From Eledone cirrhosa (taxonomy: Eukaryota), in contig OZ024763.1 of assembly GCA_964016885.1 (NCBI GenBank), positions 4,030,001 through 4,094,000 of the forward strand: DNA of 64,000 nucleotides. The letters run 5' to 3'. The position numbers and the translations under genes were made by a program. A model generated the notes under the pieces. The model did not search any database, was not told the DNA's origin, and saw only the letters and a list, made by a program, of their open reading frames with translations. Positions within the stretch are counted from its first letter, which is position 1; each line of letters opens with the position of its first letter. Positions 38,149 to 52,748 of the stretch are shown one piece after another.

Positions 38149-38784
38149 AAGTAAGCCTGAAGAAACTTACTGGTGAGAGTAACAAAGTCAGCACTCAATG
38201 CAAAGCAGAGTGTATATAATAAGAACAAGGGGAGGTGTTATATAAGAGATTTATTGCTCAATCCTGGTTACAAATGTTCCGCAAACAGTTGGCTCGTGAT
38301 CCTGGTTAACATTCCACACCAGATTCAAAATCTACCTGGTCTCCACCAGTGTTATCACAACAAAAACCACATCGGATCTGTGGATAAACCAGCCAAACAC
38401 AAACAAGTACAGAGAACTTCCAATCACGGGCCTAGAATTCACCATCAAGTTTGTGAAACATTTGTAAAAATATACATACACATATATATATATAAATCAT
38501 CATCATCACCATTTAACATCCATTTTTCCATGTTAGCATGGGTTAGATGAGTTGTCCTGATGTGGGCAATGTTAGGTCAGGTGACCATGTCTTGCTCTAC
38601 AGAACTGATTTTGGTTTGATTTCTAACACCAATCTCATTTAAAGTGAGTACTGTGTGCTTTTTGTCGTGACACCTACACGACCACTCTACATTGTGGACT
38701 GGGGGATTTTTGTTGTGACATCTACACAACCACTTTACAGTAGGAGAGGTGTGGGAGCATACTGTCATATATATATATATATTT

Positions 38785-39088
38785 TTTTTCATTTTACGTC
38801 CGCTTTTTCCCTGCTTGCAAGGGTGGGACGGGAACTGATTCTGGCTTGATTTCTACAGCTGGATGCCCTTCCTAACACCAACCTCATTTACAGTGAGTGC
38901 TGGGTGCTTTTTTGCCGTGGCACCTCCACGACCACTTTGCAGTGGAATGATATGGACTGGGGTCCCTATCATTTCTACAGCTGAGTAAACTGGAGCAATG
39001 TGAAATAAAGTGTCTTGCTCAAGGAAACAACACATCACAACCTTTCGATTGCAAGGCCAATGCTCTAACCACTAAGCCATGTGCCTCC
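38785..39088 (-). mobile_element. SINE family B copy
   Basis: Reverse complement of 3044-3385 with an internal deletion. Confidence 0.8.
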
Positions 39089-39138
<50 letters not shown>

Positions 39139-39231
39139 ATATATATAGAAGGAAATTGTATTTTACATGAAGCATTGCATAGTGAGGTATAAACGTTTGG
39201 AGTTAGAAGGCCAAAACAATGCAGGTATGGA

Positions 39232-39572
39232 TATAGAATATAAATACAAATATAGAATATAAATACAAATATAGAATATAAATACAAATATAGAATATAA
39301 ATACAAATATAGAATATAAATACAAATATAGAATGTAAATACAAATATAGAATATAAATACAAATATAGAATATAAATACAAATATAGAATATAAATACA
39401 AATATAGAATATAAATACAAATTTAGAATATAAATACAAATTTAGAATATAAATACAAATATAGAATGTAAATACAAATATAGAATATAAATACAAATAT
39501 AGAATATAAATACAAATATAGAATATAAATACAAATATAGAATATAAATACAAATTTAGAATATAAATACAA
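39232..39572. repeat. 19-bp minisatellite TATAGAATATAAATACAAA
   Basis: Direct inspection; ~18 units. Confidence 0.95.
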
Positions 39573-40629
39573 AAGATATCACTGACAATTACCTTAAATA
39601 TATTTGAATATCCTTAAATTCGAGATAATATCTCTTCTTCAGAGGGAGGTAAAGGCGTTAATCCATTGTTCTAATTAGTCATGCTGACAGGAAATAGTAT
39701 AGAAATCCCTTTCTATTTTTAATGTCAAAGAGTGAAGGTTAGGTGGATAAACGGTTGTCTCCCTTTAAAATGGTTTGGACATGTATGTCTGTAAGTGTGT
39801 GTGGGAGAATACGTGAAAGTGTAAGCATGCGTGTATGTGTGTGTACGTGTGTGAGTGTGAGAGGATATGTTTATATGTAAATGTGGGGGCTAGATGCTCT
39901 AGGGTTTCTAATATTAGATAGTAATAATTGTTTCTACTATTGAACAAGGGCAGCAATTATCCCAGTGCATTACTGGTACTATATTTTATCGACCCCCGTA
40001 AGGATGCAAGGCAAAGATAACCTCAACAGGATTTGATCTCAGGCCATAAAGGGCCGTAACTCTATGCTGCAAAGAATGGCGTCCAACCCTCTACTGATAC
40101 TGCCAATCGCGGTGGATAGACTGAAGTTAACTTTGCCTTTCATCCTTATGGGATCAATCTGGGATAATTGCTGGCCTTGTGCCAAAAGTAGAAACAATTA
40201 GATAATAATAATTGTTTCTACTTTAGGCACAAGGCCAGCAAATACCCAGTGCATTACTGGTACTTTATTTTATCGACCCCGTAAGGATGAAAGGCAAAGT
40301 CAACCTCGGCGGGATTTGAACTCAGATCGTAAAGGGACGTAGCTATGCTGGAAAGCATGGCGTCCGACCCTCTACCGATACTGCCAATCCACCACCCTAG
40401 ATAGTAATAATGATTTGTACCATTAATATTTATCATCACCATTCTACATATATAAGACGACTATTCTTTCTCTCTTTCATCAGTTTGGTAAGAAGTTAAT
40501 GCCTCGTTCAGATCCACCGCAGCTGAAAAAGAAAGAAGACAAGAAAGTTGATGAAATAACACGAGAAGAAGAAGAACTGGTTTACTTCTTCACTGGTAAC
40601 TTATTTGGACCTTTCTTCTTGTATTTACT

Positions 40630-41552
40630 TATATAGAACCATCTCCTATGGGATTAAATTATCTGTTGTCCCAGATTTTTCTGGGTCTACCTACTCCGTA
40701 GCTTCCATCAATTTTGATTGCCCGGCACTTTTTTATACAGCTGTCGTCTTTCATGTACATCACGTGACCATATGAACATAATCTTCTCTCAAGTAAACAG
40801 CATCTGATCCTTCTTATTCCTAATTTCTTACTTAGTTCATTTATGTTTTGCCGTTCACATATATTACTATTACACATCCAATGGAGCATGCATGCTTCAT
40901 TCCTTTCCAGTCTGCACAGGTCCTCTGCACACAATGCCCATGTCTCACTGCTATGTAACATTGTTGTTCATATACAGGCATCATACAGCCTGCCTTTCAT
41001 TTTTAGAAAGAAACCTTTTGTAGCCAACAGTGGTATAAGCTCTCTGAACCTTTTCCATCCCGTTCTAACTCTGACTACTACACTTTCAGAGCACCCTCCT
41101 CCACTGCTGATTTTGTCACCCAGGTAACAGAAAGTGTCCACTATTTCTATAGAACCATCTGGGCAGTAGAAGGAGCTAGTATCCTGTGGGTACTTGCTAC
41201 TTATTGCACCTGAGCATCGGCCACATATAAAATCTACGTTCTTAGATAGCTTACCTGTGATCCCACTACATCTTTTATGTAGCCATTTGGAGCATAGAAT
41301 GGAATTTCTACCTACTCCTTTCTTACACACTGAGCATGGCCATTTCCCAGAGGGGGCCTGTGCCCTATTTTCCTTTCTACATACTAGAACTTTAGTCTTA
41401 GACAAGTTAATTTTAAGGCCTTTTGATTCTAGGCCATGCTTCTCTTCTCTAATTCAGCCATAGATTCGGCTATGAGAGTTAGATCATCTGCGTATAGAAG
41501 TTTCCATGGGCAGCTAAACTCCTCTGTTATAGCCTGAAGGGCAATAATAAAC
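40630..41552 (-). mobile_element. Decayed RTE fragment, same lineage
   Basis: Frameshifted similarity to the RT C-terminus, PHD-like insert and thumb (KWPCSVCKKGVGRNSILC, MLHSSETWAL). Confidence 0.88.
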
Positions 41553-41555
41553 ATC

Positions 41556-41815
<260 letters not shown>

Positions 41816-41825
41816 ATATATATAT

Positions 41826-42440
41826 GGTCACCAGTTGGTGCTACTGGTCACCAGTTGGTGCTACTGGTAACATGTATCCCAGTACAACCTGTCTCATGGT
41901 CGGGTCGTTGGCGACTAAACTGGCAACCCCACCAAGGTTTCTTGGTGAGGAGGGTGACTTTGGACATCCTGCAGGACTAAAAACAAAACCTGTCAAAGGG
42001 CAAAGGAGCTCTTAAGAGTCAATGGCCATCCAAAATCACCGGGAGAGATGACCCCTTAGCCTTTGTCAAGGCAGAATTCTAGGAGAAGGAAAACTCTGAT
42101 ATAACACCTGCAACCCTGATGGTATCCAATGATGTTGACTTGTTCTTCTTTTTGGTAAATATCATCTTGGTTAAGAGAGTGGGACTGGCTTTGTGCAGTG
42201 CCTTTGCTCACTATAAAAGCTTCACGGCACAGGCATTGCTTTATATCTGGAGATCTCTCTGCACTTGTCCTCACATGGTACCATGCACTATGTGTCAATA
42301 ATTGTCACAAGTGTAGTGTTTGTACCAGAGTTTTCAAGTCGCTGGCTGGACTAAAAAGTCACACTCGTTCAGTGCTTCGGTAGGGGTTCTCCTACATGGA
42401 TATAAAGTAGTGGCCGTACTCGAAAACGAGTTGGCAGCCA

Positions 42441-42443
<3 letters not shown>
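41826..42443 (+). mobile_element. ~600-bp bipartite element, copy 3
   Basis: Same family, with a 20-bp 5' duplication (ggtcaccagttggtgctact), embedded in (TA)n. Confidence 0.8.
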
Positions 42444-42486
<43 letters not shown>

Positions 42487-42490
42487 ATGC

Positions 42491-42558
<68 letters not shown>

Positions 42559-42573
42559 CATATATATATATAT

Positions 42574-42636
<63 letters not shown>

Positions 42637-42680
42637 CATATATATATATATATACATATATACAGATGATGATGATGATG

Positions 42681-42724
<44 letters not shown>

Positions 42725-42863
42725 CGAAGGAAGTGTGGTAAGGAACCAGGTGGACCATAACACACCAGAGTACTCAATACTTTGGGTAGTAGAGTGGGTA
42801 ATAGGAAAAGGTTCAGGACCCCGACGGCAGAGCTCAAGCCGTTTCAACGGCTCTGAACCTTTT

Positions 42864-43320
<457 letters not shown>

Positions 43321-44658
43321 ATATATATATATATATATATATATTGATACATATTTCTATTTTTCTCTCTTTTTATCTAGAATGATGGAGTCCCTTATTT
43401 TCTGGTTGTGCTCTTCAGAAAACTGTATTTACCTAAATTTAACCCTTTGCTCCGCTGGTGACACAGAAGATTCTAGAGAGAGAGAGAGAGAGGGGGGGAG
43501 GGAGAGTGAGAGAGACAGGGAGAGATAGAATCACTAAACAAAGAATTTTAAAAAAATAGAAAAACTAACGAAATAAAACAAAGGAAAAATGAAAAATAAG
43601 ATCAATAAAACTAAATAAAATTATTAAACAATAAAAAATCAACTTAACTGTAATTGGTTATGGTTTCTAACAACAACATACAATGGAGGAAGATGTGTGG
43701 GGGTGGGGAGGTGGTAGAGATCGAAAATAAAACTTGATAACTTAAAACTAAATGTAAACATAAAACAAATTCAGTTTTTGAAAAAATAAATTTTTTAAGA
43801 AAATAAATTTAAAAGAAACTTCTGTGACATGTATTCATCATCATCATCATCATCAGGTTTAGCGTCCGTGTTCCACGCTTGCATGGGTTTGGACGGGGGT
43901 TTTCCCACTTGAGGCAAGAGTGGTTGTCTTGCTCGCATAGGACTGTCTGGCGGGTTTTCTACAGTTGGATGCCCTTCCTAACACCAACCACATTTACAGT
44001 GTGGGGCTGGGAGGTTTTTACCGTGTTGCCTACACGGCCACATTACAGCGTGGACTGTCTGGCGGGTTTTCTACAGCTGGATGCCCTTCCTAACACCAAC
44101 CACATTTACAGTGTGGGGCTGGGAGGTTTTTACCGTGTTGCCTACACGGCCACATTTACAGCGTGGACTGTGTGTTTTTTGTCGTGACACCTACACGATC
44201 TCATTTGTTTCGGCCTGGATGTTGTGGGACCAACATAACTTTACATTGAAAGGGGCGGTGTGGGTGGGGTGGAGGGTGGTGGGACGGGGATGTATTATAT
44301 CGTTCATTCTTTCACATAGAGATAAAATTATATCCACACACAGAAAAGATGCTATGTTCTGACAAATTACAGAGGCAACAAACTCCAACCAAAATTAATA
44401 GCAACAACATCACAACTAGTAATTAAGGACAAGATAAAGACATACAGAGACACACACAAACCAAACTAATAAAACAAATCAGACACACAGACAGATAGAA
44501 CAAACAAACAACTAGTGACAAGTAAATAAACATATAAACAAAAACAGTAGCCCACGTCAGTAGCCCACATCAGTACTGATATGGTCTATGCAGACATGTC
44601 CAACCCCTGCTAGCAGGGAAAGTGGGTGTTAAAACAACAATAAGGAAGTGCAACACTG

Positions 44659-46960
44659 AGTGGACTGGAGCAATGTGAAATAAAGTGTCTTGCTCAAGGA
44701 CACAGTGGACTGGAGCAATGTGAAATAAAGTGTCTTGCTCAAGGACAGAGTGGACTGGAGCAATGTGAAATAAAGTGTCTTGCTCAAGGACAGAGTGGAC
44801 TGGAGCAATGTGAAATAAAGTGTCTTGCTCAAGGACACAGTGGACTGGAGCAATGTGAAATAAAGTGTCTTGCTCAAGGACAGAGTGGACTGGAGCAATG
44901 TGAAATAAAGTGTCTTGCTCAAGGACACAGTGGACTGGAGCAATGTGAAATAAAGTGTCTTGCTCAAGGACAGAGTGGACTGGAGCAATGTGAAATAAAG
45001 TGTCTTGCTCAAGGACAGAGTGGACTGGAGCAATGTGAAATAAAGTGTCTTGCTCAAGGACAGAGTGGACTGGAGCAATGTGAAATAAAGTGTCTTGCTC
45101 AAGGACAGAGTGGACTGGAGAAATGTGAAATAAAGTGTCTTGCTCAAGGACAGAGTGGACTGGAGAAATGTGAAATAAAGTGTCTTGCTCAAGGACAGAG
45201 TGGACTGGAGCAATGTGAAATAAAGTGTCTTGCTCAAGGACAGAGTGGACTGGAGCAATGTGAAATAAAGTGTCTTGCTCAAGGACAGAGTGGACTGGAG
45301 CAATGTGAAATAAAGTGTCTTGCTCAAGGACAGAGTGGACTGGAGCAATGTGAAATAAAGTGTCTTGCTCAAGGACACAGTGGACTGGAGCAATGTGAAA
45401 TAAAGTGTCTTGCTCAAGGACAGAGTGGACTGGAGCAATGTGAAATAAAGTGTCTTGCTCAAGGACAGAGTGGACTGGAGCAATGTGAAATAAAGTGTCT
45501 TGCTCAAGGACAGAGTGGACTGGAGCAATGTGAAATAAAGTGTCTTGCTCAAGGACAGAGTGGACTGGAGAAATGTGAAATAAAGTGTCTTGCTCAAGGA
45601 CAGAGTGGACTGGAGAAATGTGAAATAAAGTGTCTTGCTCAAGGACAGAGTGGACTGGAGCAATGTGAAATAAAGTGTCTTGCTCAAGGACAGAGTGGAC
45701 TGGAGCAATGTGAAATAAAGTGTCTTGCTCAAGGACAGAGTGGACTGGAGCAATGTGAAATAAAGTGTCTTGCTCAAGGACAGAGTGGACTGGAGCAATG
45801 TGAAATAAAGTGTCTTGCTCAAGGACACAGTGGACTGGAGCAATGTGAAATAAAGTGTCTTGCTCAAGGACAGAGTGGACTGGAGCAATGTGAAATAAAG
45901 TGTCTTGCTCAAGGACAGAGTGGACTGGAGCAATGTGAAATAAAGTGTCTTGCTCAAGGACAGAGTGGACTGGAGCAATGTGAAATAAAGTGTCTTGCTC
46001 AAGGACAGAGTGGACTGGAGAAATGTGAAATAAAGTGTCTTGCTCAAGGACAGAGTGGACTGGAGAAATGTGAAATAAAGTGTCTTGCTCAAGGACAGAG
46101 TGGACTGGAGCAATGTGAAATAAAGTGTCTTGCTCAAGGACAGAGTGGACTGGAGCAATGTGAAATAAAGTGTCTTGCTCAAGGACAGAGTGGACTGGAG
46201 CAATGTGAAATAAAGTGTCTTGCTCAAGGACAGAGTGGACTGGAGAAATGTGAAATAAAGTGTCTTGCTCAAGGACAGAGTGGACTGGAGCAATGTGAAA
46301 TAAAGTGTCTTGCTCAAGGACACAGTGGACTGGAGTAATGTGAAGTAAAGTGTCTTGCTCAAGGACAGAGTGGACTGGAGAAATGTGAAATAAAGTGTCT
46401 TGCTCAAGGACAGAGTGGACTGGAGCAATGTGAAATAAAGTGTCTTGCTCAAGGACACAGTGGACTGGAGTAATGTGAAGTAAAGTGTCTTGCTCAAGGA
46501 CAGAGTGGACTGGAGCAATGTGAAATAAAGTGTCTTGCTCAAGGACAGAGTGGACTGGAGCAATGTGAAATAAAGTGTCTTGCTCAAGGACACAGTGGAC
46601 TGGAGTAATGTGAAGTAAAGTGTCTTGCTCTTGGACACAGTGGACTGGAGTAATGTGAAGTAAAGTGTCTTGCTCAAGGACAGAGTGGACTGGAGAAATG
46701 TGAAATAAAGTGTCTTGCTCAAGGACACAGTGGACTGGAGTAATGTGAAGTAAAGTGTCTTGCTCAAGGACAGAGTGGACTGGAGCAATGTGAAATAAAG
46801 TGTCTTGCTCAAGGACAGAGTGGACTGGAGCAATGTGAAATAAAGTGTCTTGCTCAAGGACGGAGTGGACTGGAGCAATGTGAAATAAAGTGTCTTGCTC
46901 AAGGACACAGTGGACTGGAGTAATGTGAAGTAAAGTGTCTTGCTCAAGGACAGAGTGGAC
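44659..46960. repeat. 45-bp minisatellite derived from the SINE family B core, ~51 units
   Basis: Unit GAGTGGACTGGAGCAATGTGAAATAAAGTGTCTTGCTCAAGGACA, matching the SINE core at 58617-58652. Confidence 0.95.
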
Positions 46961-47269
46961 TGCTGGGAATCAAACTCACGACCTTAAGGTGAGCTGAACA
47001 AATAACCACTGATCTACAAACCTTCACCTCACACACATACATATATAAACAGCCACACATCCACACATACACACCGACGTATATACACATACACACCCAC
47101 ATATACACATACACACCCACGTATATACACATACACACCCACATATACACATACACACCCACATTTACACATACACACCCACATATACACAGACACACCC
47201 ACGTATCTACGCATACACACCCATTTATATCTAAACATGTTTACTACGAAGTAACCAAAGAAACAGAGA

Positions 47270-47750
47270 ACACCGCCACCACCACCACCATACCGCTGCC
47301 GTCACCACCACCACCACCACCACCACCACCACACCGCCGTCACCACCACCACCACCACCATACCGCCGTCACCACCACCACCACCACCACCATAACCGCC
47401 GCCGTCACCAACACCACCACCACCACCACCATACCGCCGTCACCACCACCACCTCCACCATACCGCCGCCGTCACCAACACCACCACCACCATACCGCCG
47501 TCACCACCACCACCACCACCACCACCACCTCCACCATACCGCCGCCGTCACCAACACCACCACCACCATACCGCCGTCACCACCACCTCCACCATACCGC
47601 CGCCGTCACCAACACCACCACCACCATACCGCCGTCACCACCACCACCACCTCCACCATACCGCCGCCGTCACCACCACCACCACCACCAACTCCACCAT
47701 ACCGCCGCCGTCACCCCCCCCCCCATACCGTCGTCACCCCCCCCCCCTAC
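47270..47750. repeat. (ACC)/(GCC) compound trinucleotide repeat
   Basis: Direct inspection. Confidence 0.9.
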
Positions 47751-48849
47751 CCTACCCTTATCTGATGGTCAGCTATATTGTTTCATGATGAAAGATCGTT
47801 AAAATAGTCACTGGCAGGACTACTACTACTACTACTACTAACATCACTATGTACACATATATATACTTATATATATATGTGTATATATATATATAAGTAT
47901 ATATATGTGTATATATATATATATAAGTATATATATGTGTATATATATATATATATATATAAGTATATATATGTGTATATACATGCACACAAATATATAT
48001 ATATCACTACTATTAGTAGTAGTAGTGATATATATATATTTGTGTGCATGTATATACACATATATATACTTATATATATATATATATATACACATATATA
48101 TACTTATATATATATATATACACATATATATACTTATATATATATATACACATATATATATAAGTATATATATGTGTACATATATATATATAAGTATATA
48201 TATGTACATATATATATATATAAGTATATATATATGTGTACATATATATATAAGTATATATATATGTGTACATATATATATAAGTATATATATATGTGTA
48301 CATATATATATAAGTATATATATGTGTACATATATATATATATATAAGTATATATATGTGTACATATATATATATAAGTATATATATGTGTACATATATA
48401 TATATAAGTATATATATGTGTACATATATATATATATATAAGTATATATATGTGTACATATATATATATATAAGTATATATATGTGTACATATATATATA
48501 TAAGTATATATATGTGTACATATATATATATATAAGTATATATATGTGTACATATATATATATAAGTATATATATGTGTACATATATATATATAAGTATA
48601 TATATGTGTACATATATATATATAAGTATATATATGTGTACATATATATATATATATAAGTATATATATGTGTACATATATATATATATAAGTATATATA
48701 CATGTAAAGTTATATTTTAAATTGTTGGGTTACAACTAGTAAATATTTATAACTGATATAAAAGCACTCGACAAATACTTGGAATATATTTACAATATTA
48801 AATAAATGGAAAACTATATTTATAAAACCATATTTATTTCATTATATAT

Positions 48850-51028
48850 CATCATCATCATCATCATCAACGTTTAACGTCCGTGTTCCACGCTTGCATG
48901 GGTTTGGACGGGGGTAGTCCCACTTGAGGCAAGAGTGATTGTCTTGCTCGCATAGGACTGTCTGGCAGGTTTTCTACAGTTGGATGCCCTTCCTAACACC
49001 AACCACATTTACAGTGTGGGTCTGGGAGGTTTTTACCGTGTTGCCTACACGGCCACATTACAGCGTGGACTGTGTGTTTTTTTGTCGTGACACCTACACG
49101 ATCTCATTTGTTTCGGCCCGGATGGCGCGGCACCAACATAACTTTACATAGGACGGGGTGGTGTGGATGGGGTGGGGGTGGTGGTGGTGGGACGGGGTGT
49201 ATTTTGTTAGAGATGCCTACTGGCAAGGCGGGTCTTCTCTGTTACTGAGTACCGCCAAAGGTCTCGGTCCAGTGACATTGTCTTGGAGAGGTGTAAGTGT
49301 GTGAGGTCGGAGTTTATCAGCTCGTCCCAGGTTTTTCTAGGTCTGCCTATTCCGTGGCTACCGTCTATCTTTATTGCCCTGCACTTTGTTATACAGCTAT
49401 CGACTTTCATGCGCATCACGTGTCCATACCAACGTAGCCTTCTCTCGAGTAAACAACATCTGATCCCTCTTATCTCTAATTTTTTCCTTAGTTCGTTTAT
49501 GCTTTGCCGTTCACGTATATTACTGTTACACATCCAGCGGAGCATGCAAGCTTCGTTCCTCTCTAGTCTGCGTATATCCTCTGCACACAATGCCCAGGTC
49601 TCACTGCCATGCAACATTGCTGTTCGTATGCAGGCATCGTACAACCTGCCTTTCATTTTTAGGGAGAACCCTTTAGCAGCTAATAGTGGTATAAGCTCTC
49701 TGAACTTTTTCCAACCAGTTCTGACTCTAGCTACAGTGCTTTCAGAGCACCCTCCCCCACTGCTGATTTTATCGCCCAGGTAACGGAAGCTGTCCACTAT
49801 TTCTATAGAACCCTCTGCGCAATTGAAAGAGCTAGTATTGTGTGGGCACTTGCTGCTACTTATTGCACCAGAACACCGGCCACATGTAAAATCTATGTTC
49901 TTAGTTAGCTTACCTGTGATCCCACTACATCTTTTATGCACCCATACTTTGCATTTAGGACACAAAATGGAGTTTCTACCTACGCCTTTCCTACACACCG
50001 AGCACGACCATTTCCCAGAAGGGACCGCCGCCTTGTTTTCTTTCCTACAAACTAGAACTTTGGTCTTAGCCAGGTTAATTTTAAGTCCTTTTGACTCTAG
50101 GCCGTGCTTCCATGTTTGGAATTTCTTCTCTAGCTCGGCCATTGATTCCGCTATGAGTGTCAGGTCGTCTGCGTATAGGAGTTCCCATGGGCAGCCTGTC
50201 TTGAACTCCTCTGTTATAGCCTGAAGGGCAATAATAAATAGTAGGGGGCTGAGAACAGAGCCCTGATGGACGCCAACTTTTACGCTAAACTCTTCACTAT
50301 ATTCGTTGTTAATTCTAACCTTGCTGACTGTTTCTTTATACATGGCTTGTATAGCCCTCACAAGCCATTCGTCAACGCCTAGTTTTCTAAGAGCCCACCA
50401 GATAATGGAGCGGGGGACTCTGTCGAAGGCTTTCTCCAAGTCGACAAAAGCTAAGTAGAGGGGTTTACCTTTAGCTAGGTACTTCTCCTGTAGTTGTCGT
50501 ACTATGAAAAGAGCGTCTGTGGTACTTTTGCCTGACACAAACCCGAACTGCATTTCATCTAGGTCAATTCTCTCTCTGATTAGTTGCGCTATTACTTTTT
50601 CTGTGACCTTCATGACCTGGTCGATTAATTTAATGCCTCTATAGTTACTCCTATCTAGGGCGTCTCCTTTACCCTTATAACAGTTAACGATGATGCTGCT
50701 ATGCCAGTCCTTCGGAACAACCCCATTCTGTACGACTTGGTTAACTATGCGGGTGACCATGGTGTGTCCCACCGTGCCAGATGCCTTCAGCATCTCAGCA
50801 ACTATTTCCGAAGGCCCAGCCGCCTTACCTGTCTTCATATCCTTGATTGCCTTACTTATTATACTCCCCTCGACTAACACTGCTGGTCCCTCTATTGGGT
50901 CGACATGGGGGAGACTGTCTTTCTCCCATTTATTCTCCTCATTTAGTAGCCTTTCATAGTGACACTTCCAAGCTGCCTTCTTATCAGTGTCGGTGATGGC
51001 AAGTATGCCATCATCGTTAAGTACACAC
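48850..51028 (-). mobile_element. RTE-clade LINE, 5'-truncated young copy of the same family
   Basis: Open RT ORF nearly identical to 35139-37181, (GAT)n tail at 48850, and candidate TSD ATATAT at 48844-48849 and 51029-51034. Confidence 0.95.
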
Positions 51029-51215
51029 ATATATTTCGGGGATATCATATTAACAATATGCTATGCCTTCATCAGACAAAATACAATATAAACAGTTTTA
51101 TAGATAAATATATTCGACATACACAGATAAAAGTTTGTTAGGGGGTGGATTTCTTTTAGATTTGAAAACTTTGTATAAGTATATATATGTGTACATATAT
51201 ATATATAAGTATATA

Positions 51216-51255
<40 letters not shown>

Positions 51256-51534
51256 TATATATATGTGTACATATATATATATATAAGTATATATATGTGT
51301 ACATATATATAAGTATATATATGTGTACATATATATAAGTATATATATGTGTACATATATGTGTACATATATATATATAAGCATATAAATGTGTATATAT
51401 ATATATATAAGTATATATATGTGTACATATATATGTGTGTACATATATATATATATATATATAAGTATATATATGTGTACATATATATATATCTATCTAT
51501 ATATGTGTGTACATATATATATATATATATATAA

Positions 51535-51599
<65 letters not shown>

Positions 51600-51637
51600 T
51601 ATATATATCTATATATAAGTATATATATCTATATATG

Positions 51638-51697
<60 letters not shown>

Positions 51698-52289
51698 CAT
51701 GCTAGTGCATGTATTGTATATAAGGTATATAAGAGGGTTGGCTAAAATCAGATATCTACCCCAGATTGTCACCATGGTAACAGGACACCCCAAAGACACT
51801 TCTAATATCCATTTTGGTAAATGTTACATTATATAGTTATACTTATTCTTTTATCTTATTTCAGTCAGTATACTGTGGCCATGCTGGGGCAACACCAGGA
51901 AGGTATTTAATCAGTCTTATAATGAGAGCAGCAATTGTTATTGCCTGGTGTATATTTTTTTTATCAAAGCCCTTCTATTGTTTAACTGAGAAAACAATTT
52001 GAAACACCTGGGCTTGTGTACTAACCTGATTTGTGGTTTCCATCATTCTCACTCAAACCATAGACACTCTATGTATGTATATATATAGAGAGAGAGATGA
52101 GATTCTACAGGACTAGAACTGTTTCATTCTTTAGCCTGATGATTTCTAAAGAATGAAGTAGTTCTAGTCCTGTAGAATCTCATATATATTAAAACTTTTA
52201 TACTCTGCTATGTATTGAGTACCTTACTTACTGTGGTTACCTCCGATTCAACCCGGAATACGTATATATATATATATATATATATATAT

Positions 52290-52748
52290 TGATGGAAACC
52301 GCGGAGTGGGGAGACCCAAGATGACCTGGGATGAGGTGATAAAAGCCGACTTTACCCAACTACACCTCTCAAAGACAATGACACACGACCGTGACTTCTG
52401 GCGTCACGCAGTAATACAGAGTACCCGACCTCCCATGGGTACAAGCTGAAGCATATAAACAATATGCCCCCACACCCCCCACCGCAAGGTGGTCGTGGAG
52501 GTGCCACAGCAAAAAAGCACCCAGCCCACACTGTAAAGTGGACGTGTAGGCGCCACGAAAAAGCACCCAGCACTCACTGTAAATGAGGTTGGTGTTAGGA
52601 AGGGCATCCAGCTGTAGAAATCAAGCCAGATCAGTTCCTGTATGAGTAAGGCATGGTCAGCCGACCAGACACTGCACACAACAGGACAACCCGTCTAACC
52701 CATGCTAGCGTGGAAGAACGGACGTAAAACGGTGATGATGATGATGAT
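52290..52748 (+). mobile_element. RTE 3'-terminal fragment with tail
   Basis: Matches 54230-54460 and ends in ggacgtaaaac..(GAT)n. Confidence 0.8.

Noticed and set aside
41826-41990. HDV-like ribozyme at the 5' end of the bipartite element
   Set aside because: RTE 5' UTRs can carry such ribozymes and a G.U-initiated P1-like helix is possible, but I could not assemble P2, P3 and P1.1 in the required order.
44629-46947. 772-aa ORF of repeated SKTLYFTLLQSTLSL
   Set aside because: It is a 45-bp (multiple of 3) SINE-derived minisatellite that happens to lack stops in one frame, with no start context or domain.
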